Source: Felis catus (taxonomy: Eukaryota). Taken from it: a stretch of DNA of 64,000 bases. The notes beneath the pieces were generated by a model, which saw nothing but the letters and a program-made list of their open reading frames with translations, was not told where the DNA came from and did no database searches. The position numbers were made by a program, and so were the translations under genes. Within the stretch, counting starts at the first letter, position 1. Every line of letters starts with the position of its first letter. Where the stretch lies: the NCBI RefSeq assembly GCF_018350175.1, contig NC_058368.1:130884001-130948000 (forward strand), given 5' to 3'. Of this stretch, positions 26,101 to 38,899 are shown in pieces.

Positions 26101-26730
26101 ATCTTGGCCTGCATTTACCAAAATGGGAGAAGAGAAAATGGAAAAGGCATTCTGTCTACTTCCTCGAGTAGAATTCAAGAGCCACAGAAAGGAAACCCTA
26201 AACTTTCTGTTTATCACACACCTTGAGTCTCAGTCAGGGTACTGGATCTACCTGTGACTCACTTCAAATGTTTGGTTTTCTCAGGTATGGTAGATATATG
26301 ATAATGTGAAAAATAATAAAGTGAATCATAACAGGCTGATTACAAAAACAAAACAAAAAACATCCAACACTTCACATTTCAGTATGCTTGAAAATTAGGT
26401 GCCATACTTTTATAAAGCTAATACCACTTATGGTTTAAATCACCAAATAAAGTATCGCAGTTCAAGATATTCAGCTATCCATGGAGATTTAAAGCTTAAG
26501 AAACCTGTATGGAAGTAAGTTGTTCCAATAGAGGCAACGGCCATAGGACTTTAAGAAATGATTTGGAATGTTAAGGGAATCATCCACAGGGCAGCTGAAG
26601 TCACTCAGGGGGACTCCAGCGAGGAGGGCTATGAAACAAGTTATCAATGAATATAACATGGTGATAGAGTGGTCCTGCAGTCCAAACAAGGCCCATTTTC
26701 CAAGGTTCAGGCTTGTCACAGCAAAAGTTG
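23190..26730 (+). pseudogene. Filovirus-like L, capping domain to C-terminus (unit 2), with SINE insertions
   Basis: L*KLRK vs LDRLRK; NGFPYV vs DGIPYI; TPDYS and PHSFM (24038-24052) vs TPSHYS and PHSFM; FADIVISM.LYNL vs FTGIVSSMHYKL; LRESSTGQLKSL vs LVDSKRGPLVSI; MKQVINEYN vs IRELTNDYN; HFPR vs HFIR. Confidence 0.72.
25306..25520 (+). mobile_element. Felid Can-SINE with TSD
   Basis: ggggtgcctgggtggctcagtc..; TSD aaaatcggattttc. Confidence 0.95.
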
Positions 26731-26799
26731 AGGAAAATGCAATCCAAAGTAACAAAGGGGAGCCAAGAGAAGGACAAGAGAGTGTCTGACACGAATGGC

Positions 26800-27010
26800 C
26801 GCTAATGCAATACATTTACGGGTCCTGCTTCCCAGTTCCATGGTAAAGAGAGAAGGAAACGATACAAGTGCTATAGAAAATGTGCCAGGGAAAGTAGAGG
26901 TGTGGTGCCAATAGCTCACACCAGCTCACAAGAACCAAGTGCACAGTTGCCAGAAATTTCGACGTCTGATTGTGAAACCTATATTCAATTGATGTCTCAC
27001 TACAGGAGCT
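26800..27010 (+). pseudogene. Filovirus-like VP35 C-terminal remnant (unit 3)
   Basis: GKE, EGNDTSAIENVP, HSCQKFRR vs GKD, EGDSPQCAL..RVP, RACQKSLR; position upstream of VP40. Confidence 0.42.
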
Positions 27011-27030
27011 TACCATTAAGGCAGGGATCT

Positions 27031-27260
27031 TTTTTTTTTTTTTTTTAATTTTTTTTTTCAACATTTATTTATTTTGAGGACAGAGAGAGACAGAGCATGA
27101 ACGGGGGAGGGGCAGAGAGAGAGGGAGACACAGAATCGGAAACAGGCTCCAGGCTCTGAGCCATCAGCCCAGAGCCGATGCGGGGCTCGAACTCACGGAC
27201 CGCGAGATCGTGACCTGGCTGAAGTCGGACGCTTAACCGACTGCGCCACCCAGGCGCCCC
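27031..27260 (-). mobile_element. Young felid SINEC_Fc with target-site duplication
   Basis: CpG-intact Can-SINE; perfect TSD aaggcagggatct at 27018-27030 and 27261-27273. Confidence 0.97.
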
Positions 27261-27279
27261 AAGGCAGGGATCTTAAAAC

Positions 27280-27850
27280 CAAAGGTGACGCATACTCAAA
27301 ACCCCTCATTTCAAATAACTGTACTGCATGTCATCACCTATAGTCCTCGGGTCATTCCCACCTATTTTACCTGTGTGTTTGAAGTATTACGACGAGAGGT
27401 GTTACTGCACATCCTATACCAACTCCACATTCGGAAACAATGCTTTGGTAGCTTGAACTCGGCCATAATTGAGTTTTTACACTATGGAAACTAAAACACT
27501 ACAGATCAGGGTTAAATTTATTATTCTGTTACTTGGTTAGCCAAACTATCTTCAACTTGTCACCTGCTGTTGCAAATAAAGTTTTATTGGAATACGGCCA
27601 ATAGTAAGTGGTATTGTCTATGGCTCCACTGTAAGGACAAAGCTGAATAATTACAAGCGAAATCATATGGCACTAAGTTTGAAATATTTACCACCTGATT
27701 CTTTACAAGTTTGCCAAAGCCTGGTTTAGACTTAAAAGAAATAACGCAGAAAATAATTCAGATTAAACTTCTAAGTGTGCCATGTCTGTATCCATTTCAT
27801 CTTGAGTAGCACAAAGAAAGATTTGAGAAAATATTCTCTTGGTGTTTGAA
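27280..27850 (+). pseudogene. Filovirus-like VP40 remnant (unit 3), split by MER58
   Basis: THT..FQITVLHVITYSPRVIPTYF vs SHT..FILEAMVNVISGPKV..IPIWL; TSYTNSTFGNNALVA*TR vs [20 protein letters not shown]. The part after the MER58 is weak. Confidence 0.62.
27505..27730. mobile_element. MER58-type DNA transposon inside unit 3 VP40
   Basis: gcaaataaagttttattggaatacggcca..aaatatttaccacctgattctttacaagtttgcc. Confidence 0.75.
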
Positions 27851-27974
27851 ACCACAATCTGATTCAGCAAAGCAGTCATGTCACTAAAAAATAAGCTTGA
27901 TTCTGAAACACGCCTTCATTGTTTCACTGTGCCTTACTCATCAATCTCAATGAAATTATTAACCACCATTTATG

Positions 27975-28890
27975 TTGGAACTACATTCATTTGCCATCAC
28001 TGTTTACTAGGAACAAGAGTTGAGCCAAAAGGAAAAAAAAAAAAAGGAATGAAAGGGTTGTATGCAAATCTATTGGCTCTAAGAATTTACAATGAAGATT
28101 ATCATTATTTGTAAACTGTGTGTGATACATCGTTTACATTAGTTATTAGTAAGATGTATCAAAAACTTGTGCATATGTATATAAACATGCACATTTTTGC
28201 TGAGAGCTAGTTTTCAATATTTGCCAGCACAATAGCTACTACGAAGATATGTAAGATGCACAAAGTTAAACTGTAACTGAATAGGGTTCCTAAAAGGCAC
28301 CAGGGGGATTTTACTGCTGTGAAAGGTTAGCAATACAATGATGAAAAATGACAATTAGTGATAGGTGGTCAAAAACCAAAACTTTTGGAGCACCTGGGTA
28401 GCTCAGTCTGGAGCCTACATCAGTTTCTGTGTCTTCCCCCACCTCCTCAAAGATAAATAAGCATTAAAAAAAAAAAAAAAACTAACTTTGGTTTCTAGAG
28501 GAAGTTATCATCATTCTATGGGGAGGCATGCATCACCCTGACTGGTACTGACTCTCCAAGGAAAAATCTGTCATGGATAGTTTTGGGGTCGGAAAAACCT
28601 CAGGTCATTAAGGTGTTGAGAGCAACAGCAGGTAAACTAGTTCAGGAGTTCCTAACTCAACATTTAGAGCAACAGCAGGAAACTGAGCTCAGGAGTTCCT
28701 AACTCAACATTTATCAATGACTGAAGTAATCTTCACGTATTTGCCAGCCCAAGAGATCCTCAGTGCGTGCTGGAACCAAAGGAAGCCTCTCTGCCTGGTA
28801 TAGAGAAAATATTCCAGGCCATTACTCATCATTATGTAGGAATTCTACTTTCCATTACCATCTCTCCCAGGCTATTTCATATGGTTTCAA
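27975..28890 (+). pseudogene. Filovirus-like GP2 remnant with transmembrane-like segment (unit 3)
   Basis: KGLY..YNED/IICKL vs EGIY..HNQDGLICGL; RK/IIILWGGMHHPDWY (WGG at 28519) vs [23 protein letters not shown]; KNLS vs KNIT; hydrophobic VGILLSITI at ~28835. Confidence 0.58.
28619..28713. repeat. ~47-bp tandem duplication
   Basis: gagcaacagcagg(t)aaact(g)ag(t/c)tcaggagttcctaactcaacattta occurs twice. Confidence 0.9.
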
Positions 28891-28939
28891 ATTTTCTACA
28901 TTCCAAGTCCTTATCTACAAAGGATGGCTGCCACTCTAC

Positions 28940-29395
28940 TCCTTCCATCTCCTAAGGCAGTCATGTGTCTAAATGAGAAAATACAGGGAGGATGACTCTA
29001 AGACCCTGAGATCAAAGGCACATGGTTAGTTCAAAGCACTCCAGCCAAAGTATTCACCACTTTTGTGTGAAAATAAAATTTACAAAGTTTCTACACTACA
29101 GCCTAACTTCCTATAGCCAACAGTGGGAAGTTTGGCTACGATTTGTTGGCCACAAATTAGTACTTAGGTGAATAAAAGTTGAGATACATACACAAGATGA
29201 TTATGTACATCAAAAAGTAGTACAGCTTTTTCAGAAACTGGGTGATCAAAGGCCGCTTTTCAACAAAGGCGAGGCATAGGGCAGCACATGCACTCAGTTC
29301 ATCTGTTTTTTATGTGTAAATCATTGACCTCTACAACAGGATTAAATCATTACTATTCCTAGCACAAGGGTGATTGAGATTTTTCTCTGAACTTT
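28940..29395 (+). pseudogene. Filovirus-like GP1 receptor-binding region, located downstream of GP2 (unit 3)
   Basis: WLVQSTPAKV vs WGFRSGVPPKV; GSLATIC vs GEWAENC; RYIHK (29182-29196) vs RYVHK; LSSSVFY vs LASTVIY; LLFLAQG*LRFFS vs FLILPQAKKDFFS. Confidence 0.68.
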
Positions 29396-29569
29396 AGGGT
29401 GTGAGTCTAGGCAACAAGGCATAACATTCTCATCACACCTATGACTTCTCACAGGTCCACTCACTCCACACACATCCCAACTGCCAGTTATTTCCAATGG
29501 CCATTGGAGAAGACTTCCTAATTATACTACTGGCTTCTTTTAGTAAGATGGGGGAAAAAAAAAAAAGGA

Positions 29570-29965
29570 AACTTGTTTAAAGGAGACACATAACTGGCAA
29601 AAATACAAAAAGGGTATCAATAGACATTCAGTGATCATTACACAGAACGTCTAGGATATTCAAGACTCAAGAGCCAAAATATCAACCTCACAGACAGCTG
29701 TCAAATGTTGACCAAATGCAACAGGATCCAAGGGAATAAGAATTTGGAAAACCTATCAACGTTCCATAATATGGGGGCCTCGAAACAACCATGTTCACAG
29801 ATCTACCTCCCTTAGAAAGCATCTGAAAAATTTACCGAGATCCTTATTCATCGGGGGAAAAATCCTTCTTCCAAGAACCCAAGTACTCCCTTCCAAACTT
29901 CAGCTTCAGCTGTGTCAGAGTACAGGTGTTGGTATTAGTCAAGGTTTCAATGAAATGATAAGAGC
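29570..29965 (+). pseudogene. Filovirus-like VP30 remnant (unit 3)
   Basis: IQKGY and DHYTERL vs LKKGF and DHQLESL; EPK..QDPR vs GPK..QDIR; LENLSTFHNMGASKQPCSQIYL vs LRALLTLCAVMTRKFSKSQLSL; LQLCQSTGVGIS vs LQLPCESSAVVVS. Confidence 0.7.
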
Positions 29966-30289
29966 CCTGACCCACGAGACCAAGCCCGAATATTCCTTTA
30001 TCAAGCTGTCTCTCTCTCAAGGGTAGAGTTAATCACATTTATTTTCTCTTGTGACTATGATTGGATTTTTTGATTAGTCTAACAATGTCAGCATAAGTCA
30101 CTGTATCAAGATGGGGTAGGCCAAGGAAAGCACGTTTGTCAGGATCTCAAAGACAACAGATCTGCCAGAAAACTCAATCTTCTTTGGTTGCCTTTTTACC
30201 TTTCAAGTTTTAAACTAAGTCAAGACTTCAATGGTCTAATGACTTCTTTTTAAATAGGCATCAGTGTTCATACCCACAGAGTTAACTGC

Positions 30290-30962
30290 AAGCTACTTCC
30301 AACTGGGGGCAAGTTGTGGCCAATCAGCACAGTTACTCCCCCACCTACTTCCCACCTACCAGGCCTGCTTGTGTGCACTCTATAGTCTGAGACAGAACTT
30401 TTATTTCATTTTCATTAGCTCTGAACTTGAGCTCAACTCCTCAGAGCCCTACCTCCCCCCCTCCAAGGTAAAGCTATTACCAATGATCCCAGGAAGTATT
30501 CACAGAAGCCATCTTTCAATCTGTTTCCAGAGTCATTATCAGCAGGCCACCCCTGTAGAGGGTGTGAGCAGGCAATGGCCCTTTGCTGTGACAAACCACA
30601 GTGGCATGCCTCACATGACATGGGACCTCGACACCCCTCAGCAGCTTGCCATCCCTAACCAGGCCCTGGCTGTACCTCTGGAGGAAGAGGACGATCTCTC
30701 TCACTATAAGCTCTTGGTCCAAGTATCATATTCAATAACCAGTCTCGGCAGCCACCCCATGGCAGCCATCTGTCAGTCCTTAACCAGGTAGGAGGGATCA
30801 ATTTGATGATCAAGCACTTCAGTGACAATTCTCGCCCTGGATAACAATGGCATTATTTCCTTTACAACTTTGCAGAGAGGCGGTCCACATAGGCAGAACA
30901 ATGTCCACATACCACTGTCTGAACTCCTTCTTATCCTGCAGATATAGGGTTTTATTTTTCAA
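30290..30962 (+). pseudogene. Filovirus-like VP24 remnant (unit 3)
   Basis: TND..FNLFP (30518-30529) vs TND..RNLFP; NQALAVPL vs DQSLIEPL; DNNGIIS vs NYNGLLS; QN..GFIFQ vs QN..GFLVE. Overlaps ORF 30264-30791. Confidence 0.7.
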
Positions 30963-31917
30963 AGATTTTTAACAGTACATACAGGCCTCTCGTCTCCTAT
31001 AGTATTCCACCTATGGACAAATGACTCTAAGAAAATGAAGACACTTTTTCTGACCCCAAATCAACCTGTAACACGACAGATGATCTTTCTAACTGCAGCA
31101 TCAGATATGCTAACAGAAAGCAACAGATCAACTATCTGAGGACATTTTTCTGTAGGGCTTTGGTGGCCAGTACATATTTTCCTTCAAGAACATATACCCC
31201 CAAAGAGATGGCCACGAGCCCACTGATACGGGCAGAAAATTCCTATAACAGGTAACATATGGCACTCCGTTAGGCTCTAATTTTCAAAAAGACAATATTG
31301 GAATGATCCTCTTTTGAGGGATGTCTTAAGTTGTTACATTAAAAATGGAGAATGAATAATTTCTACAATTTCCCTCCAACATACCAGGTACATCTCAGAT
31401 GTGACTCAAATAAGCAAGTGATGGCCTGTCACTGAGCAGCAGGCAGCATTTCCTGGGAAATTAAGCAGCCACAGCAGTTGCTGAAGGGGAACTCACTCCA
31501 TCATTCTGGCATAATCGTGGAGTTAAGAGTGCTAACTTGAGGGAAATGGTTTCCCTTGACAATAATAAGGACACCTGTGTGGGGGGAGTGTTCAATCCCC
31601 AAAGGCGATGTGGTTTGAGGTGTGGTAAAGGTAACAAGATTCTAGAAGCACCTCTTCAAGAATCAAGGCATTCTTTTCCAGGTTTCACTTCCAGGTCACC
31701 CTGTATGCCATCCTTATCCAATTTTAAATACTGACTCTGTCAGCCCCACTAATTCTAGCAGAAAGGAGTGTGCTTTTTTCCAGGATTCACCTTCCCATAA
31801 CAATCCTCCCATCTCAGCTGACTGTGGAATGGGTTTAAGTTCGTCTTAGCAACTTAATACAGCAGACTACAACACTTATCAAAGTGACGGTGACCCTAAC
31901 ACACACGCCCTTCCCAT

Positions 31918-32427
31918 GTGTGATGACTAAGTTCCTACACCTACTTGGGTAGGCTGTGGCACATAGTTGTTTGGTCAAATGTTACTGTGGATGTTTCTGT
32001 GAAGCAAACTGTGGACATATTATCAACCAGTTCACTTTGTAGTAAATAACACTCTCTAATGTGGGAGGGTCTCATCCTATCAGTTGAAAGCCTTAAGAGA
32101 AAAGATGGACATTTCTTAAAGGAAAAGCAATTTTTTCTATAACTGAGACATAAATACTGCCCGACTTCCCAGGCTACTGGCCTACCTGCAGTCTTCCAGC
32201 TCAAGACTATAGTATCAACTTTTTCTGACTTTCTACCCTACTGGCCGTCCTGTAAACTTCACGCTTACAGGCCCCCACCATCTTGGTCATAAAAATTATT
32301 AAATGATAATCAATAACATTAATACTTAATACAAGTAGTTATTGCCAAAAAGTGATCTAGATAGGTATTTTCTATTAATATATAAAGATCCTACTACTCT
32401 GTTTCTCCTGAAATTCTAACCAATAGA
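31918..32427 (+). mobile_element. MLT2 (ERVL) LTR inside unit 3 L
   Basis: tgtgatgactaa..tgtttggtcaaa..ggatgtttctgtgaag..cagttgaaagccttaagaga..ctgtttctcctgaaattctaaccaata. Confidence 0.85.
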
Positions 32428-33389
32428 GATGGGATTACAACAATTCCTGTTATTACATAGACCTGCCTTTAAAAAATGGCTTTTATTGGAGCATTCTACA
32501 TGTATGTGTATGTGTTTGTGTGTGAATAAGGGAACAGATTCAAAGAGGTTAATTTGGTCAAAACCTGGATCTAAGTTTTCTGAAACTTGTGCTTTCCCAA
32601 ACACTAACCTCCCTTCAAATGTATTCAAAAAATCATCTTTCTTGCTCAAAAAGATGTCAATATTAAGCTTCTAGAAATGTAAGAGAACATAAGCGGTGAT
32701 TATAAAGCATTTTAACATGCAGTGTACAATGAAAAGACCAATACAAATAGCCGCATCATCCCACCACATTGTAATCCAAAGTTATTCCAGGCATCTGTCC
32801 TATACTGGGAACATGTATTCTTTTGATCCTAACATAATTCATTTTTAACATTAAAATCAATCAGTTCAATGAATAAACAGGTTCATTCATTTATTATCAG
32901 ATCAGTCACTACATTTTTAAAAATGACACCTAGAAGTTAATCTTCAGAAGTAATGTACTAGAGATTTAAGATCCTATCTGTAAGCCATTTATTTTCAAGA
33001 CAACGTTTGCAATAAAGAGATTACTTTTGTCAGCTTGTCCAGAATACTCTACAATAGGATTTCTGAGTTCTATCTTCTATATTTCTATTAGGAAAAAACA
33101 AAAACAAAAACACTTTACCATACAAATTGACATTATGATTTTTTTTTAATGTTTATTTATCTTTGAGAGTAAGAGGATGAGCAGGAAAGGGGCAGGGAGA
33201 GACAGGGAGACAGAGGATCTGCAGCAGGCTCCTCGCTCACAAACCGAAAGATCATGACCGGGGCTGAGGTCAGACGCTTCACTGACTGAGCCACCCAGGT
33301 GCCTCATATACTACCTCTATTTTTAACTTCACCTGTAGCTTCACTCATTTTGTCAGATGCTTTAAATATATTCACCCTATCCCCTACAG

Positions 33390-33525
33390 AAAGTCTCAAG
33401 GTCCTTATTGTCATCTGAGGTATAAAGTTGAAGACATTTATGGTGAGAGGGGACACGAGGTACTTGCCCAAAGGCCACAGCTGGAAGGTGGTAAGGCTCA
33501 ATTGTGTAATTGACCTCTCCATGCC
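33390..33525 (-). mobile_element. MIR fragment inside unit 3 L
   Basis: acttgcccaaaggccacagctggaaggtgg. Confidence 0.6.
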
Positions 33526-35899
33526 TAATACGAGTAGTAGTATGTACGTATAAAAATGCTTCCTACGAAAAGAATCTGGGTGGAGGGAACGGGTCTCTCA
33601 AAGATTTCGAACAAAGATAGGGTTTGTATACAGGTGTTAATAGTAGCAGCTTCCAGACTTTGCAATTAAGCCAACTGCTTCAGTGTTAACTGACCCAAAC
33701 CATCTCTGCTGCTGGGACAGCTACATCAAGACCTGTCAAAAATCCGTCAAATCAAATTCACTGTTTGCTTAGGGAAAAAAAAGTATCAATTTTCTCTTAT
33801 CACAGAACAATCTTTTCCTCCAAGAATGTGGGTAATAAATACTTCCATCCGGATTGTACACAAATGGGGAGTAAGAAGCAAGGGTCTTCAGTTTTTATTT
33901 TTCCAATATTTAAACACAGGTTTCTTGTCTCATCGAAATAACGCCAGTTGCCAAGAACGACCCTGAAGACTTTACACTAGAAAATAGTTCACCCACTTTG
34001 TATCGAGAGCTAACACTGAATTTTGATTCAGACCCCTAGCTCTCACCTGACTTCCCAAGTGAGATCAAAATGAGATAAGTGTTTTGCAAACTGTAAGCTA
34101 AGTTGTACTGTTACCCTTTAAAAAAACAATTTCTTTGTTCAAGAGTGAACAAATTGTCCTAGAATGAAGGTGTTCCCAACAACTTTTTTTCCCTTGAGCA
34201 TTTCTATCAGTACAACATTATAACTGTTCAAATAATTTACTTGCTTCTACTGGAAATGTCAGAAGAAAAAAAAATGCCCTCATAAACTAGAATCAAAATC
34301 TTACACTAAGCACTACAAATTATTAAACACATTACACATTAATTTATCATCCATACCTAAGAAACCAAGGAGCTAACACTATTTGTTGGTGAAGGAAACT
34401 TCACTCCCGAAATGTAAAACTTTTCAAGATTTCGTAGTAAGTAATAAAGTCAACACTCAAAGCCAAGATTTGGTCTTTTGTCATATATTCTTTACCCGAA
34501 TTTTGTACTTGCGACTATGTGTAATTACAATCAACATGAGTGAGGGGAAAAATAAATAAACCAACAATCCAGCCATTTTGTACAACATTTATTTTTTTTC
34601 CCTAACCAGGCTCTGGCTTTCTCTTTATTTGCATACTGTAAACCAAGCCAAAAACCTCCATAAATGGAAAATTATGTAATTGATGCCATTAGATGGACAA
34701 CTTTATTATAATACAGTTTTTTAAATTAAGTTTGTCTCTACTAAGAAACTATCTGGGTATCTAAGAGGCATTTTATCAAAAATCAAGGGAGCTGAAGTAA
34801 AAATATGTTGAATTCCACAGTTTTGAAAAACCCATTCAAAGGAAAGCTTTAAATATTTTTTTTTTTCTGATGCAGTATGCATAGTATCTCAGAAATGCTT
34901 CACTTTGTTAGGGAAGGAAAACTCCAGGTTTTCCTTAAAGGTCAGCTGTATACCACACACAAGTTCAAGAGTTCTCATACTGCTTACCTATATTCTCTTT
35001 GCCAATCTTAATGTGTTATCTTATAAAAGAGAATGAAAGAAGCCATGAAGACTCCTCCAACTTCTGACTCAATCTTCAGGAGTGATACATGTTGAATCGA
35101 GTCTAACTAGATAGCCCCAGAAAAAAACCTAAATTCTTTGTTGGCCTAACTCTAATAACCATTTTTATCTTGTGTTACTGACTAGGTTAGAAAAAAAAGT
35201 AGTAAAATAAATAGCTTAATAATAGCATACAGAACAATTTCTTTGGGTGTGACTTCTGTCTGTGAAATCATCATTTTTTCTAGGAGTACCTTGGATACAT
35301 TATTAATAGATTTGTTTTTCTTCAGGAAATGTGGGGTTTCTCCTTGCAGGTAAGTAGGACTGAGGAGAACTGCAGGCAAGCTTAGCTAAGCAAAACCAGG
35401 GGGTCTAGGCTAGGTACTAAGAAGGATACCACCTACCTGTTTTGCTGGTCTGGGGAGTCTACAATGTGCTACAGAGTTTGTGGTTCAGAACCTGTGTAAA
35501 TAGTACCCCCACACCCCACTCCCCAAGGCAGGGGATCCTGCCAGTCTTCCTTGATTGGACCTAAGACTTCATATGCCACTGCCCTAGAAACTAATTGAAC
35601 CAGGTATCAGCATTTTTCAACTCAAATCTCATGGCATTTGAACAAATCCTCAGATCCAGTATCAGGCCCTAAGTGATTTAAACTCATTTGTATATACACT
35701 TACCAGGTTGATGGGTTTAGGAACATGTAGTGGCCCTAATTGAGGCTAACTAGAGGGTCCCAGAACTTTGCTGGACTATTACAAAGAAAATTGATCTATC
35801 ATCCCGTAAGACGTGAGCATGACAAGATGGGTTGATTGAAGTTGCTACGGACATCCCAGAGATGTGATGCATCTAAGGTGCATTTAATAGCAAAGTCAA

Positions 35900-36118
35900 G
35901 GGGCACCTGGGTGGCTCAGTCAGTTAAGTGTCCAAGTTTGGTTCAGGTCATGATCTCACAGTTTTTGAGTTCAAGCCCCGCATCAGGCTCTGTGCTGACA
36001 GCTCTGAACCTGGAACCTGCTTCAGATTCTGTGTCTCCCTCCCTCTCTGGCCCTTCCCCTCCCCCTTTCTCTCTCTCAAAAATAAATAAATAAGCATTAC
36101 AAAAAATTAAAAAAAAAT
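35900..36118 (+). mobile_element. Felid Can-SINE with TSD
   Basis: ggggcacctgggtggctcagtc..; TSD aata(g/a)caaagtcaa. Confidence 0.95.
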
Positions 36119-36574
36119 AACAAAGTCAATACACTAGTTATTGAAGGCCCAACTATAGTATAGGACTATCAACTTGGAGGGACACAAATTCATTTAATTG
36201 TTTTATTTTGTCCAGTAATAATCAGAGGTGAAAGGTTTTGCAAGGGTAATAGAATTAGGAGAAAACACAAAAAAGTAAGTCGAAGGACCAGAATTATTAC
36301 ACAATAATTTAATGAACCAACTATACACAAATGGATACTTTTACCAGGCCTAAATCTGCAGGGGAAGACTGAAGAAGTACCTAAGATAAACTATGTTGTA
36401 AGGGCCTCCTGATAGCAACCACACATGAAGGGTGCAAGAGGTTCTTCTTCCTCTATCCCATCTGCTAATTCTCCATTTGCTGAAGAATACTGTAAGCTGA
36501 AGAGCAGACACGCAGCACGTCAATGTAATCCAGACAGGTCAGCCTCATGGGGCACCGACAAGGGACAAGAAGAC

Positions 36575-36873
36575 CAAATGCAATGGGATCAATGTGTCCC
36601 TCCAAAATTACTATGCTGAAATCCACTCCCCCAAGTTAATGGTGCTACAAGGTGAGGCCTGTGAAAGGTGCTTAGGCCATTAGGGTGGAACCTCCGTGAG
36701 TGACATGATTTTCTTTTATAAGAGCAAACAGAGCTCCCTGGGGACACAGTGTAACAGGAAGTAGATTCACACCACACACAATCTACCTGTGCCTTGATCT
36801 TGGACTTCCCAGAGTCCTGAACTATGCACAACCATTTGGTATTTTGTTACAAGCCCCTGCATGCCCTGAGACA
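36575..36873 (+). mobile_element. MaLR LTR (MLT1A-like)
   Basis: aatgtgtccctccaaaatt..ccttgatcttggacttcccag..ttggtattttgttaca. Confidence 0.8.
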
Positions 36874-38899
36874 CTCGATGAAGGATCCGAAGGAGAAGAA
36901 GAATTTTGTGAACAGAGCATTAATCCTCAGACTTAGACTCAAGGATTATGTGCGTAGTCTATGTGGGCACTCAAGTCTCCACTGATGGTAACCAGGTTGA
37001 AAAGCAACATAAGCAGACCACACAGCCCTCTCTGCATGTGGGGAATACCAAGACATTTGAAGGCAAAAGAAACTAGTGGGGAAGAAGGGCAGACCCAAAA
37101 AGTTATTTTGTATCATCAATTATGAGGACCAAATGGGGTCTGCCCCTTCTACCTGACCGTTGTAAAAGAATGTCAAAATCAACACCTTAAGAAAAACGTT
37201 CTAAGGGACGCCTGGGTGGCTCAGTCATTTCATCATCCGGCTCTTGGTTTCAGCTCAGGTGATGAATGAGGTTCCTGGGATTGAGTCCTGCATCGGGCTT
37301 CATGCTCATAGTGTGAAGTCAGCTTGAGATTCACTCTGCCCTTCCTCCATGTATGCACATGCACTCTCTACCAAAATAAAACGTACTCAGTGCAGGTCTG
37401 TTCTAGCAAGTAGCAGCTTCTAGGAAAGGCAGGTATGAGTTATGATCATGTTTTAAATTTTAACATCAAACAAATATCCAAGGTCCCTTTCAAGGCAGCA
37501 CAAGAATGCAACCAGGCTGAACCACTCAGCATAAAAAAAAAATAAAAAGCCTTATGAAGTTAAATGTTAGGGACAGAAAAGGAAAAAAAAAGACATTTTT
37601 AAGAGATTGTGTTGAGGACACTAAAATCCAAACAACGATCTACCATGACTTAACAAACGACAGTATAGTTTCTTTAAACAACTATCCATTTAAATCAACA
37701 TGCAAAGCTGTCCCCGGCAACCATTTTCCACGGCTGTGTCAACTGAAGAAGGAAGAGAGTTAATACTGATTTTCTGAGCAACTGCTACAATTAAGCCCCT
37801 TCTTTTAAAGACATTAATAGTGTTAAGTACACAAAACCAGTAGACGCATGGAAATAATTACAAAGCAGCGGGTAGTAAGGCCAAATAAGTATGGACATCT
37901 CAATTCCGTTCCTTACCACAATTGCATGATTATATTCTCTGCCTTAATAATCAAGGTCATGGACAGGGCTTCCTTTATCTCCAGAACACAAACATGTATC
38001 ATATGGTTGGCATAGAGGTGAAGATGAGTAATTAGATAATTTGCATCAGGTGAGTGATCATGGTCAGGACAAGAAATTCATCTAAACTCCTGGGCAATGC
38101 TGTTGACTTTTAAATTTAAGAAAGGAATCCCAAACACTTAACACATTTAGCTAGATGACAGAAAATAAATCTATGGATATGTATTTTATGAGTGATCTTT
38201 TAAATGAAAAAAAAAAACCTTCTGTAATAACAAAATTACAGATTACCTCTGCAATCTGGCTTCATCGTAACTAGACTTAATGCCCCCCACTGGCTTTACA
38301 ATAAAGCCAAACTACTAGAATTCAGGTAATGCATGGTTATACCAAGAGAGCAATAGATAAATAGGAATCAAAATCTCAAATATCTGTCTTTCCAGCCTAT
38401 CACTCTGCATGTTCTTATTATGCTAAATTACTTGTATGTTCCATGCAGCCTTCATTACATTATGTCATTATGCTCCTGTGCATCCTTTGTCATGATTTCT
38501 TGAATAAAGACATTCCAAGACTCAAGCATCTTTCTTATCCGATCTTCCCTGAAATCTTCCCAAATCCATTCTCAGTAGACTGTGCCACTCCCTCATTGGG
38601 TCCTCCATGGTACTGATTTCCACTATTCCACTTCTGTATATCTGCATCCCACTGGTGGACCCTAAGCTGTTACAAGAAATAGTCTTACTTTTTTTTTTCT
38701 CCAGTGATTAATGAAAAAGATAAAAATGCTTAGTATGTGCTGGTGAATGAATAAATGCATCACATTCCAAGCTTCAAATGGATCTTCATGGAACACAATA
38801 AACATGAGCTTCCCCTCTAATGGAAAGCAGAATAAGGTCCCTACCTCCCCAAATAGTGATGGCCCATTCCCAGAACCTATTAGTATACTACCCTTCAAG

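Larger units (their letters stand above)
30970..35760 (+). pseudogene. Filovirus-like L, N-terminus through RdRp into capping domain (unit 3)
   Basis: QYIQA/LSSPIV (30987-31004) vs QYPDARLSSPIV; YIKN; NFK; after MLT2 EMGLQQ vs EMTPQQ; FDPNII vs FEPNVL; VNSSSFQT vs VRGSSFVT; VKNPSNQIH vs VKNVFNWMH; KGLQ and NTGF vs EGLQ and KTGF; KKQFL vs KKQYL; KNQGS*..LNSTVL vs KNPGNC..LNPSGL; REY/WIH vs REYSWAH; IGPKT vs IGSRT. Confidence 0.8.

Noticed and set aside
30516..30722. Minus-strand ORF with YSQGLV and SKGPLPA resembling borna/rhabdovirus L
   Set aside because: Isolated, non-colinear matches; the plus strand is explained by VP24.
28500..31900. ERVL internal region next to the MLT2 LTR
   Set aside because: No gag or pol motifs found; filovirus-like homology continues on both sides of the LTR.
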